Positions 39,150 to 49,983 are shown, counted from the stretch's first letter. The stretch: DNA of 64,000 bases from Spirochaetaceae bacterium (GCA_017453745.1 JAFTEH010000044.1:4077-68076), one strand, 5' to 3'. The notes: generated by a model not told the origin, from the sequence alone. Made by a program: numbers and translations.

Positions 39150-40520
39150 TTATCGCCCCTTAGTAAAAATATTTTCAGCGCGCTCACGACTCGCTCGTAT
39201 TTCAAGTATAATCGGGATAAGCGAAAATCCCAAATCCTTGCGTACTCTATTTTGTAAATAGCGAATATATAAGGAACTTACATTTTGTGGTTTATTTGAA
39301 AAAAGTAAAAATTTTACTGGTCGCACCCCAACTTGTACAAAGTACTTAAATGTAAATTTATTTCCTGGTGGTGGATAAGCGGCAAGCCAATCTTTTAATG
39401 CAAGATTAAGTGCCGAAGTTTCAACTCGTGTTGTATATTGCTTAAAAGCCTGCAACACAATATTAAGCATATTATGTACACCAGTTCCATTTAGAGCAGA
39501 AATAGCACAAATAGGAGCATATTCCATTTTACCAAACATAATTTTTATATTCTTTTCATATTCTTTAAAAGTTCCTTTTTCAACTTCAATAGTATCCCAC
39601 TTATTTATAACAAAAATAATCGGTAAGCCTCTATTAACAGCTTGCACACAAATTTTTTTATCTTGCTCTGTAAGCCCAGACTCAACATCAATTAAATGTA
39701 ATACAACATCAGCAGTATCTAAACTTTTAATTGCACGCACAACAGAATAATATTCTATATCTTCATTCACTTTTGACTTTTTACGAATGCCAGCAGTATC
39801 TTGTAGTGAAAATACTTTTCCTTTATATGTAAATTCTCCAGCTACCACATCCCTTGTTGTTCCAGCAACCGTACTCACAATTGATGCAGAAGTTCCTGTC
39901 AAAAAATTAGAAAGAGTAGACTTACCTGTATTAGGTTTACCCACAATACTAATTCGAATCTTATCCTGTATTTCCACTTCTTCCACATGAGAAAAATCCA
40001 AACCTTCAAGGAGTGTAGCAACTAACTTTTCAATATTGTCGCCATGTTCAGCACTGATAAATGTAATAGACCGAACTCCATATTGTAAATAGTTGTAGCC
40101 TTCTGCTTCACCACGCCCACCTTCTGTTTTATTTACAGCTACTAAAATCTTATCCCAGTACTTCCGTAAAAATTGTAAAAACTCATCATCTTCAGCTGTA
40201 TACAGTGTCGCATCCAGCAAGAGCAAAATCCTATCGGCACGCTCCAATGCTTCCAGAGTTTTTTCAACAGTGAGCTTTGTCAAGTCATCTTCCGATTTTG
40301 TTTTTGCAGGTGTAAGTTTAAATCCACCTGTATCCATTAATCGCACAGGCTTTCCATTAAGTAAAACAGTTTCTTCAATTACATCACGAGTAACGCCAGA
40401 GGTTGGGTCAGTAATACTGCGCCGCTTGCCGATAAGTCTATTAAACAAAGTTGACTTGCCAACATTTGGACGACCAGCAATAACGATGAGAGGTGCATTT
40501 TTATATTGTTTTTTTTCCAT
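39150..40520 (-). CDS. der: Ribosome biogenesis GTPase Der (EngA)
   Basis: Two GTPase domains (GRPNVGKS and GKPNTGKS, DTAG, NKWD). Confidence 0.97.
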   Translation of the reverse strand: MEKKQYKNAPLIVIAGRPNVGKSTLFNRLIGKRRSITDPTSGVTRDVIEETVLLNGKPVRLMDTGGFKLTPAKTKSEDDLTKLTVEKTLEALERADRILLLLDATLYTAEDDEFLQFLRKYWDKILVAVNKTEGGRGEAEGYNYLQYGVRSITFISAEHGDNIEKLVATLLEGLDFSHVEEVEIQDKIRISIVGKPNTGKSTLSNFLTGTSASIVSTVAGTTRDVVAGEFTYKGKVFSLQDTAGIRKKSKVNEDIEYYSVVRAIKSLDTADVVLHLIDVESGLTEQDKKICVQAVNRGLPIIFVINKWDTIEVEKGTFKEYEKNIKIMFGKMEYAPICAISALNGTGVHNMLNIVLQAFKQYTTRVETSALNLALKDWLAAYPPPGNKFTFKYFVQVGVRPVKFLLFSNKPQNVSSLYIRYLQNRVRKDLGFSLIPIILEIRASRERAENIFTKGR

Positions 40521-40645
40521 AATCAGTAAACGCAAAAGATGACAGTTTAACTAGTATCTATAAATCTTAATAGAAAAAGGATTCTGATACTACTCCACAA
40601 AAACTTTTGATAAAGCCACATATACAGCTTACCATCATTATGAAT

Positions 40646-40674
40646 ATTGTATTTGTACAAGTAATAAATGTCAA
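40646..40674 (-). promoter_or_regulatory. Sigma70 promoter of der
   Basis: TTGACA-N17-TACAAT. Confidence 0.75.
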
Positions 40675-40714
40675 GGGCTCAAGAGTCAAGTTATCCAGCC
40701 GAAATTGAAAGTCG

Positions 40715-41899
40715 CTATGTATCTGTACTCGTATCCAATAACCGTGCTCTTGTCAAAATACTTTTCCCGTGTTTTTTAGCAATTTCAAAAGCGGCTTTCT
40801 CTATACATTTTTTCTTTTCAGCTTTACTATCGTTGACTTCATCAAAAAGGGCAAATTCATGAGTATCATTTTTTTCTTGCACTTTCAAAGCAGCAATTCC
40901 CAAAAGCCGTATAGGGTTCCCTCTTTCATACCGCTGATAAAATAATTTTTTTACTTCTGTATATATGGTCAGTGTATCAATGATACTTATATCAGTTGAC
41001 TGAATAGTTGTTGTATTAAAATCGGCATATCTTATTTTTACACTCAATGTATTTGAAAAAAGATTTTCAGATACTAAGCGATACATAAGTTCACAAGACA
41101 TTTGAAATAAAAACTGTTCTACTATTTCGGTGTGTACTATGTCGTATTCAAAAGTTCTCTCTGTACTAATCGAATGACTTTGCGAAATATCAGAAAAAAA
41201 ACTTTCGGTATTTGCTGTTAGTATCGAAAATAAAAAAGAGCCTCTATGGTTGCCAAGAATCTTTTGTAATGTTTCCAAATTCAGTTGAAAAAGCATTTCA
41301 GTATCTAATATTCCATTTGCTCGTAATTTTTCAATCGTTTTTTTTCCTAAGCCCCAAATTTTATTCATTGGCATATTACGAATAAAGGTCTTTTCAGCAT
41401 CTTCGGTAATTTGGAACAAACCATTTGGCTTATTTACATCAGATGCTAGTTTTGCAAAATATTTTGTACGAGCAATTCCAATTGAAATAGTCAAGTTTGT
41501 TTTTTCAAATACTTCATCTTTTATTTTTTTTGCAATAACTTGTGGAGTGCCCAATACTAATTCCATTCCACTCATATCCAAAAAACCTTCATCAATAGAA
41601 ATTTGCTGAAAGTGTGGAGTATATGATTTTAAAATTTTCATAATAGTCATGGAAACTTCATGATAGCGAGCCATACGAACTGGTAAAACATGTGCTTTTG
41701 GACATAGTCTTTTTGCTTTGGATATTGGCATACCAGAATGTACACCAAACTTTCTCGTTTCATACGAACAAGTAGAAACAACAGAGCGAGCTGAATCTCC
41801 ACCTACGATAACAGGTTCGTCCTTCAATGCAGGATTATCAAGTTTTTCAACAGCAGCAAAAAAACAATCAATATCAGCATGAAAAAAAAGTGAAGCCAT
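40715..41899 (-). CDS. dinB: DNA polymerase IV
   Basis: Motifs HADIDCFFA, CSYETRKFG, SIDEG and AKLASD. Confidence 0.95.
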   Translation of the reverse strand: MASLFFHADIDCFFAAVEKLDNPALKDEPVIVGGDSARSVVSTCSYETRKFGVHSGMPISKAKRLCPKAHVLPVRMARYHEVSMTIMKILKSYTPHFQQISIDEGFLDMSGMELVLGTPQVIAKKIKDEVFEKTNLTISIGIARTKYFAKLASDVNKPNGLFQITEDAEKTFIRNMPMNKIWGLGKKTIEKLRANGILDTEMLFQLNLETLQKILGNHRGSFLFSILTANTESFFSDISQSHSISTERTFEYDIVHTEIVEQFLFQMSCELMYRLVSENLFSNTLSVKIRYADFNTTTIQSTDISIIDTLTIYTEVKKLFYQRYERGNPIRLLGIAALKVQEKNDTHEFALFDEVNDSKAEKKKCIEKAAFEIAKKHGKSILTRARLLDTSTDT

Positions 41900-41902
41900 A
41901 GT

Positions 41903-43831
41903 TTATTCTTCCTCTCCAGTCGTCAATATAAATGAAGAATTTGCTTCAAGTATAAAACGCTCATCAAAAGAAATATAATCATGTTCAGCAATATGTGTCG
42001 AAAATGGATTATCATAACTAAACAAGCGCACAGTAATTTCTAAAGTAGCATCTTTTTCTGAAGAAAAGTTAAGTATAAAAGGTATCGTAGGTTTTTGAGA
42101 AGTTAAAAATAATGCAGTTATTTCATCAAGTTCAAAATCTCTATCTGCTTCATATACTGGTATCCCATCTCGTCGTGTAATACTAATTTGAATTGCTTCA
42201 ACCATAAGATCCGAATTAATCTGTAAAACCCCTAATGCCCTATCTAAATAATTATCAAATTTTTTTTCTATACTCAGATATGAATGAGAAGATATATTAT
42301 AAGGAGGTATATTATAAAACTGAACATCATCATAATGAGCATATAAACTCAAGCTATGAGTAGTGTTAGTTGTATCAGTAAAAGTTTGGCGAACTTCAAT
42401 AGGAATAGTTTTTTGTCGTACAATAAATTGTAATAGTACAGTAGATAGAACCAAACCAAGTAATAAAAAAAACACACATGCGATATGTGTTTTCTTAGAA
42501 ACACGCGTAAAAAAATTATATGACAGTGTGAATATAAGTGGCAAGAAAAGAATTACTAAAAATAATATATCATTTTCAATCAATGAAACGAACGCTTCTT
42601 TTGAAGCAACTATAGTTACGATATAAATGATAATCGGTAAAATAATAAAAAATGCAATAATGAGTTTTGATATAGGTCTTTTTCTTTCAGAAAAAAAATT
42701 TGAAAAAATAAATGTAATAAAAGCAAAAGGATAAATAAAAAACTGCATGCTAATTAAAACAAAAAAATTAATTAATGTTCCAGATGGAAAAAAATTTTGT
42801 AATAGTTTCACAATAATCGTAAAGCGTTCACTAAGCAGCCCTAAAAATAATTTTGCAATACTCAAAAGTAAGATATAAAATCCAAGAAAAATAAAAATAT
42901 ATGAAAGGCACAATACATTTTTTACTTCCGAGTTACCAAATAGTATTTTAAATATAGAGTCTGAAATAAAACGAGAACAAACTAAAAGAAGAAAATTTAA
43001 GCTAAAAAAAATAAGATACAAAAACACATTTGATATAAAGTCTTTTTTACTAAATCTGATTTTTTTTATAAAACCAAATACAAAGATAGTTGTAAAAATA
43101 ATAAAAATAACTGTTATAATAAAAATAATGCTCATCGTTTCAGAAATTATTATAAGCTTATCATCAAAACCAAAAGCAACATAATTTTTATCCCAAACAT
43201 CCGAATAAAATTTTTTGTAAGTTGAAATTAAAGCATGCGCAATATTGTAAAAATCGAAATCTGCATTTTGCTTTATCAATAGAGCAGGAATATTTTCTTG
43301 AAAAAATGAATTCAAAATATCCGTAGTTTGCGCATCAAAATAAGTTGGTAAAAAATAATTTCTGCGTTTTAGTATACTGTTTTTTTGAAAACAGTCGTAT
43401 ACAAATTCTAACAACCAAGAAGGTGCTTTTAAATTTCCATCAGTGTAGTTTATTGAAAACTCATCATCTCCAGTAAAAACACAAACTGCTATTTGTTTAT
43501 ATCGAGTTACTCGCTCAATGAGTTTTCTAATACCCATGTATTTGTAAACAGCAATATCGGAAGGCAAGTCAGTATAATCATGCGAAGTAACAGCAAGTAG
43601 TACTTGAAAATCAAGCGAAGAAATAAAATCATCTTTAGAACTTTGTTCAATAAAATCATACACCGAAGCTAAAAGTTTTTCAGATGTGTTTTGTTTTGTA
43701 ATACACAATACTAAGGCAGTATCACTTTCTTTTCCTAGTTGAAAAATTTCAATATCGTCATCAGTTTGTGCATAGATAAAAACAAACGAAAATAAAAAAC
43801 TATATAACACAAAAAAAATAAAACGCTTCAC
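41903..43831 (-). CDS. Hypothetical multi-pass membrane protein
   Basis: 642-aa ORF with a signal peptide, a soluble domain and about 8 TM segments. Confidence 0.75.
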   Translation of the reverse strand: MKRFIFFVLYSFLFSFVFIYAQTDDDIEIFQLGKESDTALVLCITKQNTSEKLLASVYDFIEQSSKDDFISSLDFQVLLAVTSHDYTDLPSDIAVYKYMGIRKLIERVTRYKQIAVCVFTGDDEFSINYTDGNLKAPSWLLEFVYDCFQKNSILKRRNYFLPTYFDAQTTDILNSFFQENIPALLIKQNADFDFYNIAHALISTYKKFYSDVWDKNYVAFGFDDKLIIISETMSIIFIITVIFIIFTTIFVFGFIKKIRFSKKDFISNVFLYLIFFSLNFLLLVCSRFISDSIFKILFGNSEVKNVLCLSYIFIFLGFYILLLSIAKLFLGLLSERFTIIVKLLQNFFPSGTLINFFVLISMQFFIYPFAFITFIFSNFFSERKRPISKLIIAFFIILPIIIYIVTIVASKEAFVSLIENDILFLVILFLPLIFTLSYNFFTRVSKKTHIACVFFLLLGLVLSTVLLQFIVRQKTIPIEVRQTFTDTTNTTHSLSLYAHYDDVQFYNIPPYNISSHSYLSIEKKFDNYLDRALGVLQINSDLMVEAIQISITRRDGIPVYEADRDFELDEITALFLTSQKPTIPFILNFSSEKDATLEITVRLFSYDNPFSTHIAEHDYISFDERFILEANSSFILTTGEEE

Positions 43832-43847
43832 AATTAATTTGCCTTTA

Positions 43848-44294
43848 TCACATAGTATCAGTTTCCAAGATTAAACCCGTTTCATACCAATACGAAATAC
43901 GCTTATATGCTCTGTTGACTCTACGCACCACTTGTGATGCTTCCTCGAGCGTAATACTTTTCTTTGTAGTTACCGTATCGGGATGAAACTTTTTTAGTAA
44001 GCGTCGCCAAGAATCTTTACACAACTGCAAAGAACTTCCTGGTCTTAATTGCAATACAGCAAAATCTTCAATCAGATTATCAGGAACAGGAACTAAAACT
44101 TGTTCAAATCCTTCTTCAGATTTTTCTTCGTACTTTATACTCGGTGAGGGACGCCGTTCAAATACATTTCCAAGTTGTCTATACCGCGGTCTTCGTTTCG
44201 TCTGAAATTCAAACGGGTCTTCTTCTGCAATGAGGTTTTTTTTGAGAAATTCGCCTATTCCAGAATAATAATCTTCATCCTTATCATCACTCAT
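43848..44294 (-). CDS. J-domain protein
   Basis: C-terminal motif LLKKFHPD. Confidence 0.85.
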   Translation of the reverse strand: MSDDKDEDYYSGIGEFLKKNLIAEEDPFEFQTKRRPRYRQLGNVFERRPSPSIKYEEKSEEGFEQVLVPVPDNLIEDFAVLQLRPGSSLQLCKDSWRRLLKKFHPDTVTTKKSITLEEASQVVRRVNRAYKRISYWYETGLILETDTM

Positions 44295-45432
44295 ACTTAT
44301 TTCCCTTTACGATAATATCAGAAAACTGTGCGCCATTGCCTGAATGTACATCCACTTGTAAGGTTGCACCAATAAACATATCAATACATTCAGGAAGTTC
44401 CCCAACTGTTAAAACTTTTTCGGTTCTTAAAATTCCAATATCCGAATTTGTAAGCAAATGCCCCTTATTCAAATCACGCATATAATGAAGACACCTATTT
44501 GTCCTGCCATAGTTTTCTTTTTCAGAATGTGCCAGCACTTTTTTTCCAGTACCAAGCGTAGCAGTAATGCGTTCAGTATTAAATCCTAAACTCAATAACA
44601 CTTCAAAAATTTCATCTTTTGATTTATTCTGACAATCTTTTACCATTTTTACCATCTTTGCAAATTGTTCAGGTGATAGTGCAATTTTATCATCAAGACC
44701 ATCATCATCATTTGAAAGACAAAAATGCTTTTCAATAATACAACCACCACAATACATACTTAAAAGAGGAACTAAATACTCATTACGGGAATGGTCACTA
44801 ATTCCTACAGCAACATCAAATAGAGGAGCAAATAATTCAAGCAATGAAACATTATACTCGTGTTCAGGAGCAGGATAACTCGTAACACAATGAAGGAGCG
44901 CCACTTGAGTATCTGGTTGCGTATCATAAATAGTTTCTAAGGCTTTTTCAATATCCCTCAATTTAGATACTCCCGTTGAAAGTATTAAAGGTAACCTTGT
45001 TTTAGTCGCTTCTTCAAGTAATTGAATATAATTTAATTCTGGTGAAGCAATTTTAATACAGGCAGGGTGTAAGTTGGCAAGTTCTTGACATGACTTTTTA
45101 CCAAATGGACTTGCTAAAAAGAGAACATTCCTTTTATAACAATATTCGCAGAGTTTTTCGTAAAAGGATATTGGAAACTCAACAGAACGAAATTTTTCAT
45201 AGAGCGAAATAAGCCCACCGGGAAGATTTACAAATCCTGTTTTAGGATGCAAAATTTCATCGGCATATACAATTTGGAATTTTACCGCATCAGCACCAGA
45301 ATCGACAGCAGCATCTATCAACTGAATTGCTTTCTGAAGTGAGCCATTATGTGCTGTTCCCAATTCAGCAATAACACCAACTGTGCTATAGGGTATAAAC
45401 TCTTTTGTGCCACAGTAAAAAGACTTTCCCAT
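44287..45432 (-). CDS. NeuB/SpsE family (N-acetylneuraminate-type) synthase with a SAF domain
   Basis: Motifs IAELGTAHNG, AVKFQ, KIAS, LHCVTSYP, ISDHS and IEKHF. Confidence 0.92.
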   Translation of the reverse strand: MGKSFYCGTKEFIPYSTVGVIAELGTAHNGSLQKAIQLIDAAVDSGADAVKFQIVYADEILHPKTGFVNLPGGLISLYEKFRSVEFPISFYEKLCEYCYKRNVLFLASPFGKKSCQELANLHPACIKIASPELNYIQLLEEATKTRLPLILSTGVSKLRDIEKALETIYDTQPDTQVALLHCVTSYPAPEHEYNVSLLELFAPLFDVAVGISDHSRNEYLVPLLSMYCGGCIIEKHFCLSNDDDGLDDKIALSPEQFAKMVKMVKDCQNKSKDEIFEVLLSLGFNTERITATLGTGKKVLAHSEKENYGRTNRCLHYMRDLNKGHLLTNSDIGILRTEKVLTVGELPECIDMFIGATLQVDVHSGNGAQFSDIIVKGNKYE

Positions 45433-45436
45433 AGTT

Positions 45437-45928
45437 TTAACCATTTTGTTTTTGTATTTCAATATCGTCCAACAGAACCCTATCAGTATGTTTCTTTTTA
45501 TATGCGACTAGATTTGCGAGAATCTGCTCGTCATATAATGAAAAAATTTTAGCTACAAAAAGACTCGCATTTTTGGGTTCTAATACAAGAGAAGGAGCGA
45601 TTCCAGAAGGCATTCTCAAAGATGAAAAAACATCAGCTCCTGCAAAATGATCTGAAATAGGAGGACAAGCAATAACAGGGCTTAAAACAGAACCATCAAC
45701 AAAACCAGAAAGCGCATTACTACGCCCCGCTATTGTAATATACACCTTTGGGCACTGCATGTTTTCATATTCAGATAACATATCTAATAAGTGCTTAGGG
45801 GTTTTATGTGCAGAGCCAATTCGCACAACATATTCAATTCCAAAAAAAGATAATTCTTCTATTATAGTTTGCGCTACTTCCTTATCAGCGACTGAGCCCA
45901 TAAGGATGACACAAAGGGGTTTTTGCAT
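45437..45928 (-). CDS. purE: AIR carboxylase PurE, class II-like
   Basis: Motifs MGSVAD, SAHKTP, AGRSNALSG, PVIACP and SSLRMPSG. Confidence 0.88.
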   Translation of the reverse strand: MQKPLCVILMGSVADKEVAQTIIEELSFFGIEYVVRIGSAHKTPKHLLDMLSEYENMQCPKVYITIAGRSNALSGFVDGSVLSPVIACPPISDHFAGADVFSSLRMPSGIAPSLVLEPKNASLFVAKIFSLYDEQILANLVAYKKKHTDRVLLDDIEIQKQNG

Positions 45929-46126
45929 AAGACCTTCCATATATTATAGTTCAATATTATAGTGCAATATCGAAAAATTGACATTTTCGACTTTACCTAT
46001 GTTTTATTCATTTTTCTCATTATAAAGGAAATGTAATTATATTGCAATAAAAATATAAAACTTTTTGATTTTTTAGTTGTTTTATATCTGCGTGTGGTGG
46101 GCGAAAGTTCACTATAAGGATATGTT

Positions 46127-47128
46127 ATGAAAAAATTATTTTTATATTTACTTTTTACTTTTCTGTGTATGTTTAGTGTACTTGCGGTAGAAACTAATTC
46201 AGGTGATTATGTTTTATACAAGGATTTCACTTTTGCATCTCCGTCTTGGGTGGGCTTTTTAAAATATGATGATGCTACCTATGCAAGTATGTTATATACC
46301 CCCTCAGAGCAGCGCCGTATCTGTGTTCTCTTTTCGGTGTCAACAGATGGAAAAAAAATGGAACTCATGGGGCAAAATCTTACAACAAAAATTGACCTAT
46401 CTAATAATGCAGATGTAGAAGCAGTGAACTATCTTATGCAATTACTGCCTGACCTATACAAATGGGGAATCAGTGCCGAAGAAAGTAAAACAGTACAAAT
46501 AAAAGGAAACCAAAAAAAGTTTTCTAATATTGCTTACCTCAATGGAACGATTACCGTCAACAGAGTGCCAACGGTTCCTCTCTTTGGAATTGAAAGCATT
46601 ACTGGTACAAATAGTGGCAAAAAAGTCGACCTCTTAAAACTAGTACAAATAGGTACTGTAAATAATGATACCGAATTTTTTAACCTTGTGCTTCCACACG
46701 AAAAAGAACAAGAGCCAAGTTTAAAACTGGATACAAAAGCAAAAAAACTAAGCCTCCGCTTTGCTCAAAAAAATATAGTTATTAGCGAGCAGTGGGTCAA
46801 TCAAGGCGGTAACTTTTACCTCCTAGACAATTCCGCACTACTAACAATTACCGAGTTACAAAATGCTCAAAATATCCCAGTCATAGAACTCGTAAAACTA
46901 TTTTGCACTTCCGATTCCAATCGAACTGTTTTACTCGATAAACTTGTCCTCACCGGCACCGAAAAAAAACTAAGCCTCGTAAACGAAATATACGATACTC
47001 AAACCCAAGCTATTAATATTGATAAAAAGTATGTATTTTTTTCTGATAATCAGTATACTATTATTAGTTTAACGGTAAAAAAAGCAGATTATTATGCACA
47101 TAAAAAATACTTTGATTCATTATTTTAA
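46127..47128 (+). CDS. Hypothetical exported protein
   Basis: 333-aa ORF with a signal peptide. Confidence 0.75.
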   Translation: MKKLFLYLLFTFLCMFSVLAVETNSGDYVLYKDFTFASPSWVGFLKYDDATYASMLYTPSEQRRICVLFSVSTDGKKMELMGQNLTTKIDLSNNADVEAVNYLMQLLPDLYKWGISAEESKTVQIKGNQKKFSNIAYLNGTITVNRVPTVPLFGIESITGTNSGKKVDLLKLVQIGTVNNDTEFFNLVLPHEKEQEPSLKLDTKAKKLSLRFAQKNIVISEQWVNQGGNFYLLDNSALLTITELQNAQNIPVIELVKLFCTSDSNRTVLLDKLVLTGTEKKLSLVNEIYDTQTQAINIDKKYVFFSDNQYTIISLTVKKADYYAHKKYFDSLF

Positions 47129-47140
47129 TTTGAGGTTTGT

Positions 47141-48025
47141 ATGTTTTTACATGAATTAATTGCGACATATTCTTCTACTCTAAAGCAATATGCGCATAAA
47201 ACGGTAGAAATCAATGCAGAAAATGTATTTCAATCGGGAAATGAAAAAATACAAGACATTATTGAGTCTGCATTATTGCAATTTGCAAAACCTGATTCTC
47301 GCATTCTTGAAAGTAAAAACTTGCTTGAACTCTGTGAAAAAGCAAAACAGGGTAAAAAATGCCTTATTTTACCAGAGCACTATAGCAACTTTGACTACCC
47401 TTTTATTATAAAGTTATTAAAAATGCTGGGTAAAGAAGGCGAAGAAATGGCTTCACGATGTATCGCTATGGCTGGGGTAAAGTTGAGTGAAAAAAGTGAT
47501 GCAATCTCGATGCTTACCGATGCATATAACCGTATTTATGTATACCCCACGCGCTCGCTCAAAAATATTGAGGACCCGCAAGTTTTAGCTACAGAACTAA
47601 AAAAAGCGAGAAGTATAAATCTTGCTTCTATGCGTATGATGGAAAAACTACGAGAAGAAGGCCACATCATTGTTGTATTTCCAACAGGCACTCGATATCG
47701 ACCAGGTGTTCCTGAAACAAAACGAGCTATTAGGGAAATTGATTCCTATATAAAAACTTCCGACTACATGGTTCTTTTATCTATCAATGGGAACTGTTTG
47801 CGCGTAAGCGAAACTGAAGATATGACAAACGATATGCTCGTTGAAGATACTATTCTTCTAGAGGCAAGCCCTATTATCGATTGTGCAGAATTTAGAAAAG
47901 ACATTGCTTCTCGTTTAAAAGACGGTGAGGATAAAAAACAAAAATTGGCAGATGAACTTATGTATAGACTTAATGCAATGCACAAAAAAAACGAAAAAAG
48001 TGGAGCTTATGAAACATTCATTTAA
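47141..48025 (+). CDS. Glycerol-3-phosphate/lysophospholipid acyltransferase
   Basis: HX4D motif (HYSNFD) and FPTGTR. Confidence 0.85.
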   Translation: MFLHELIATYSSTLKQYAHKTVEINAENVFQSGNEKIQDIIESALLQFAKPDSRILESKNLLELCEKAKQGKKCLILPEHYSNFDYPFIIKLLKMLGKEGEEMASRCIAMAGVKLSEKSDAISMLTDAYNRIYVYPTRSLKNIEDPQVLATELKKARSINLASMRMMEKLREEGHIIVVFPTGTRYRPGVPETKRAIREIDSYIKTSDYMVLLSINGNCLRVSETEDMTNDMLVEDTILLEASPIIDCAEFRKDIASRLKDGEDKKQKLADELMYRLNAMHKKNEKSGAYETFI

Positions 48026-48413
48026 CATTGAAGTGCGCACTTATGAACTAGACTCATACAATCATGTAAATAATGCTGTCTATCTACAGTATTTTGAATA
48101 TGCGCGTATGAAATTTTTGGAAAAAATAGGATTTGACTACCAAGCCCTTATTAATGATGGATACCTTCTGTATGTAACAAAGGCGACCATCTCCTATAAA
48201 CATTCAGCATTTTTATTTGACACTCTCACGATTGAAGTTGAGTCTAAAAAACTGGGGGCTGTTTCTGGTACCATTGTGGAAGTAGCCTGTAATCAGCACG
48301 GAACAATTTGTGCCGAAACAGAAATCGGTTGGGCTTGCGTAAGTAAGGAAACAGGACGACCCACAAAACTTCCTGAAAAATACATTGTCGAGGGACTGAA
48401 ACCCCAAAACTGA
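48009..48413 (+). CDS. Acyl-CoA thioesterase (YbgC/4HBT family)
   Basis: Motif ELDSYNHVNNAVYLQYFE. The start is moved to 48009. Confidence 0.92.
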   Translation: MKHSFNIEVRTYELDSYNHVNNAVYLQYFEYARMKFLEKIGFDYQALINDGYLLYVTKATISYKHSAFLFDTLTIEVESKKLGAVSGTIVEVACNQHGTICAETEIGWACVSKETGRPTKLPEKYIVEGLKPQN

Positions 48414-48775
48414 CAAGAGCATCTCGCATGAGCAGCTATTTGTTTTTCTCATGTGTTAAGACCGACATACCTCGTCACAAAACAGCGAAGTATGTTGTTC
48501 TTAAAAAGTATCACTATCAGATTCAATACTCATTATTTCAACGCAGGAGTAGTCGTCTCCATGGACAGGGAACTGCACCTTCCGCACAAACAAATAGTAA
48601 CACATAAAACGAGTGAGGCTTGTGCATAAAACTGTGAGACACATCTATAGACCTATACATGCCTATCGTTTTATCTTACGGAAAATAGCATAAGCCGAAC
48701 GCATCGCCCCATGTATGACGGACGATGTGTCCACACTACAATAGCCACAAGCCCAAGCAAAAAAACAGTAAAAAG

Positions 48776-49948
48776 CTATTTCAGTATGTAGGTTTTAATA
48801 GGCGGAAACCCATTAAATTCAACCGAAGCATAGCTTGAAGTATAGGCTCCTGTCGATAAAAAGTACACTCTATCCCCAGCTTTTAAACTCTTCGGCATCG
48901 TATACTTATAATCTTCGTACATAATATCCATACTATCACAGGTGGGTCCTGCAATAACAACTTCTCCTGTTTTTACGCCTGCACCATCCTTCGATGTAAT
49001 AATTGGATACTTAATGGATTCGCCAATGGTTTCAAAAAGGCCATTCATCACGCCAGCATCTAAGTACACCCACTTAAATAATGCCGTATTACTCTTTTTT
49101 GAAACCATAACAACTTCTGCAACTAAAACCCCAGAATCGCCAACGAGGGAACGACCTGGCTCAAGAATAATACGCGGGCGGTCTTCCCCAAAGTCTTCTT
49201 GCAAATAGCGAGTAATTTCTTTAGCATAATCTTCCAACTCATTTGCTGGAGTTACATAGTGTGCAGGAAATCCCCCACCCATATTTATCATTTGAATAGT
49301 AATATCTTCTTCTTCAAGTGAATCCATGAGGTAACGGGTTTTAACTAAAGCTTCATTCCATTGGTCAATATCTCGCTGCTGACTACCGACATGGAAAGAA
49401 ATTCCATAGGGAACCAAGCCTAAATTACGAGCGGTTATAATTAAATCATAGGCCATATCTGGATGGCACCCAAACTTTCGAGAAAGGGGCCAATCGGCAC
49501 TAGAAGTGTTTTCCATTAAGACACGAACATACACCTTTGAGCCAGGAGCATTTTCTGCAATATTTTTTAAGTCTTCCTTACTGTCAGTAGCAAAAAGTCT
49601 CACTCCTTTTTCATAAAAGTATGCAATATCCCGTGCCTTCTTTATCGTATTCCCATAGCTCACCTTATCTGGTGAAACCTGTAAGCGCAAAACCTTATCC
49701 AGTTCATATCGAGAAGCAATATCAAAAGAAGAGCCCAACTCAGCAAGCATGGAAATAACTTCATCATGCGGGTTTGCTTTGATAGCGTAATATATATCTG
49801 CAAAGGGAAAATTCTTTTTTAAATTAAGATAATTCTGCTTAATAACCTCTAAATTGATAATAACACACGGTGTTTCAAGTTTTTCTGAAAACTTTAAAAC
49901 CTTTTTCCAATCGGAATCGCTAACATAATCTGCACGATTTATTGCCAT
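48776..49948 (-). CDS. Fold-type III PLP-dependent ornithine/lysine decarboxylase
   Basis: Motifs YAIKAN, FDIAS, HVGSQ, GGGF, EPGR, GPTCD and GAYT. Confidence 0.93.
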   Translation of the reverse strand: MAINRADYVSDSDWKKVLKFSEKLETPCVIINLEVIKQNYLNLKKNFPFADIYYAIKANPHDEVISMLAELGSSFDIASRYELDKVLRLQVSPDKVSYGNTIKKARDIAYFYEKGVRLFATDSKEDLKNIAENAPGSKVYVRVLMENTSSADWPLSRKFGCHPDMAYDLIITARNLGLVPYGISFHVGSQQRDIDQWNEALVKTRYLMDSLEEEDITIQMINMGGGFPAHYVTPANELEDYAKEITRYLQEDFGEDRPRIILEPGRSLVGDSGVLVAEVVMVSKKSNTALFKWVYLDAGVMNGLFETIGESIKYPIITSKDGAGVKTGEVVIAGPTCDSMDIMYEDYKYTMPKSLKAGDRVYFLSTGAYTSSYASVEFNGFPPIKTYILK

Positions 49949-49983
49949 TCAACAAGCCTCCCAAAAATTCTATATACGAAAGG

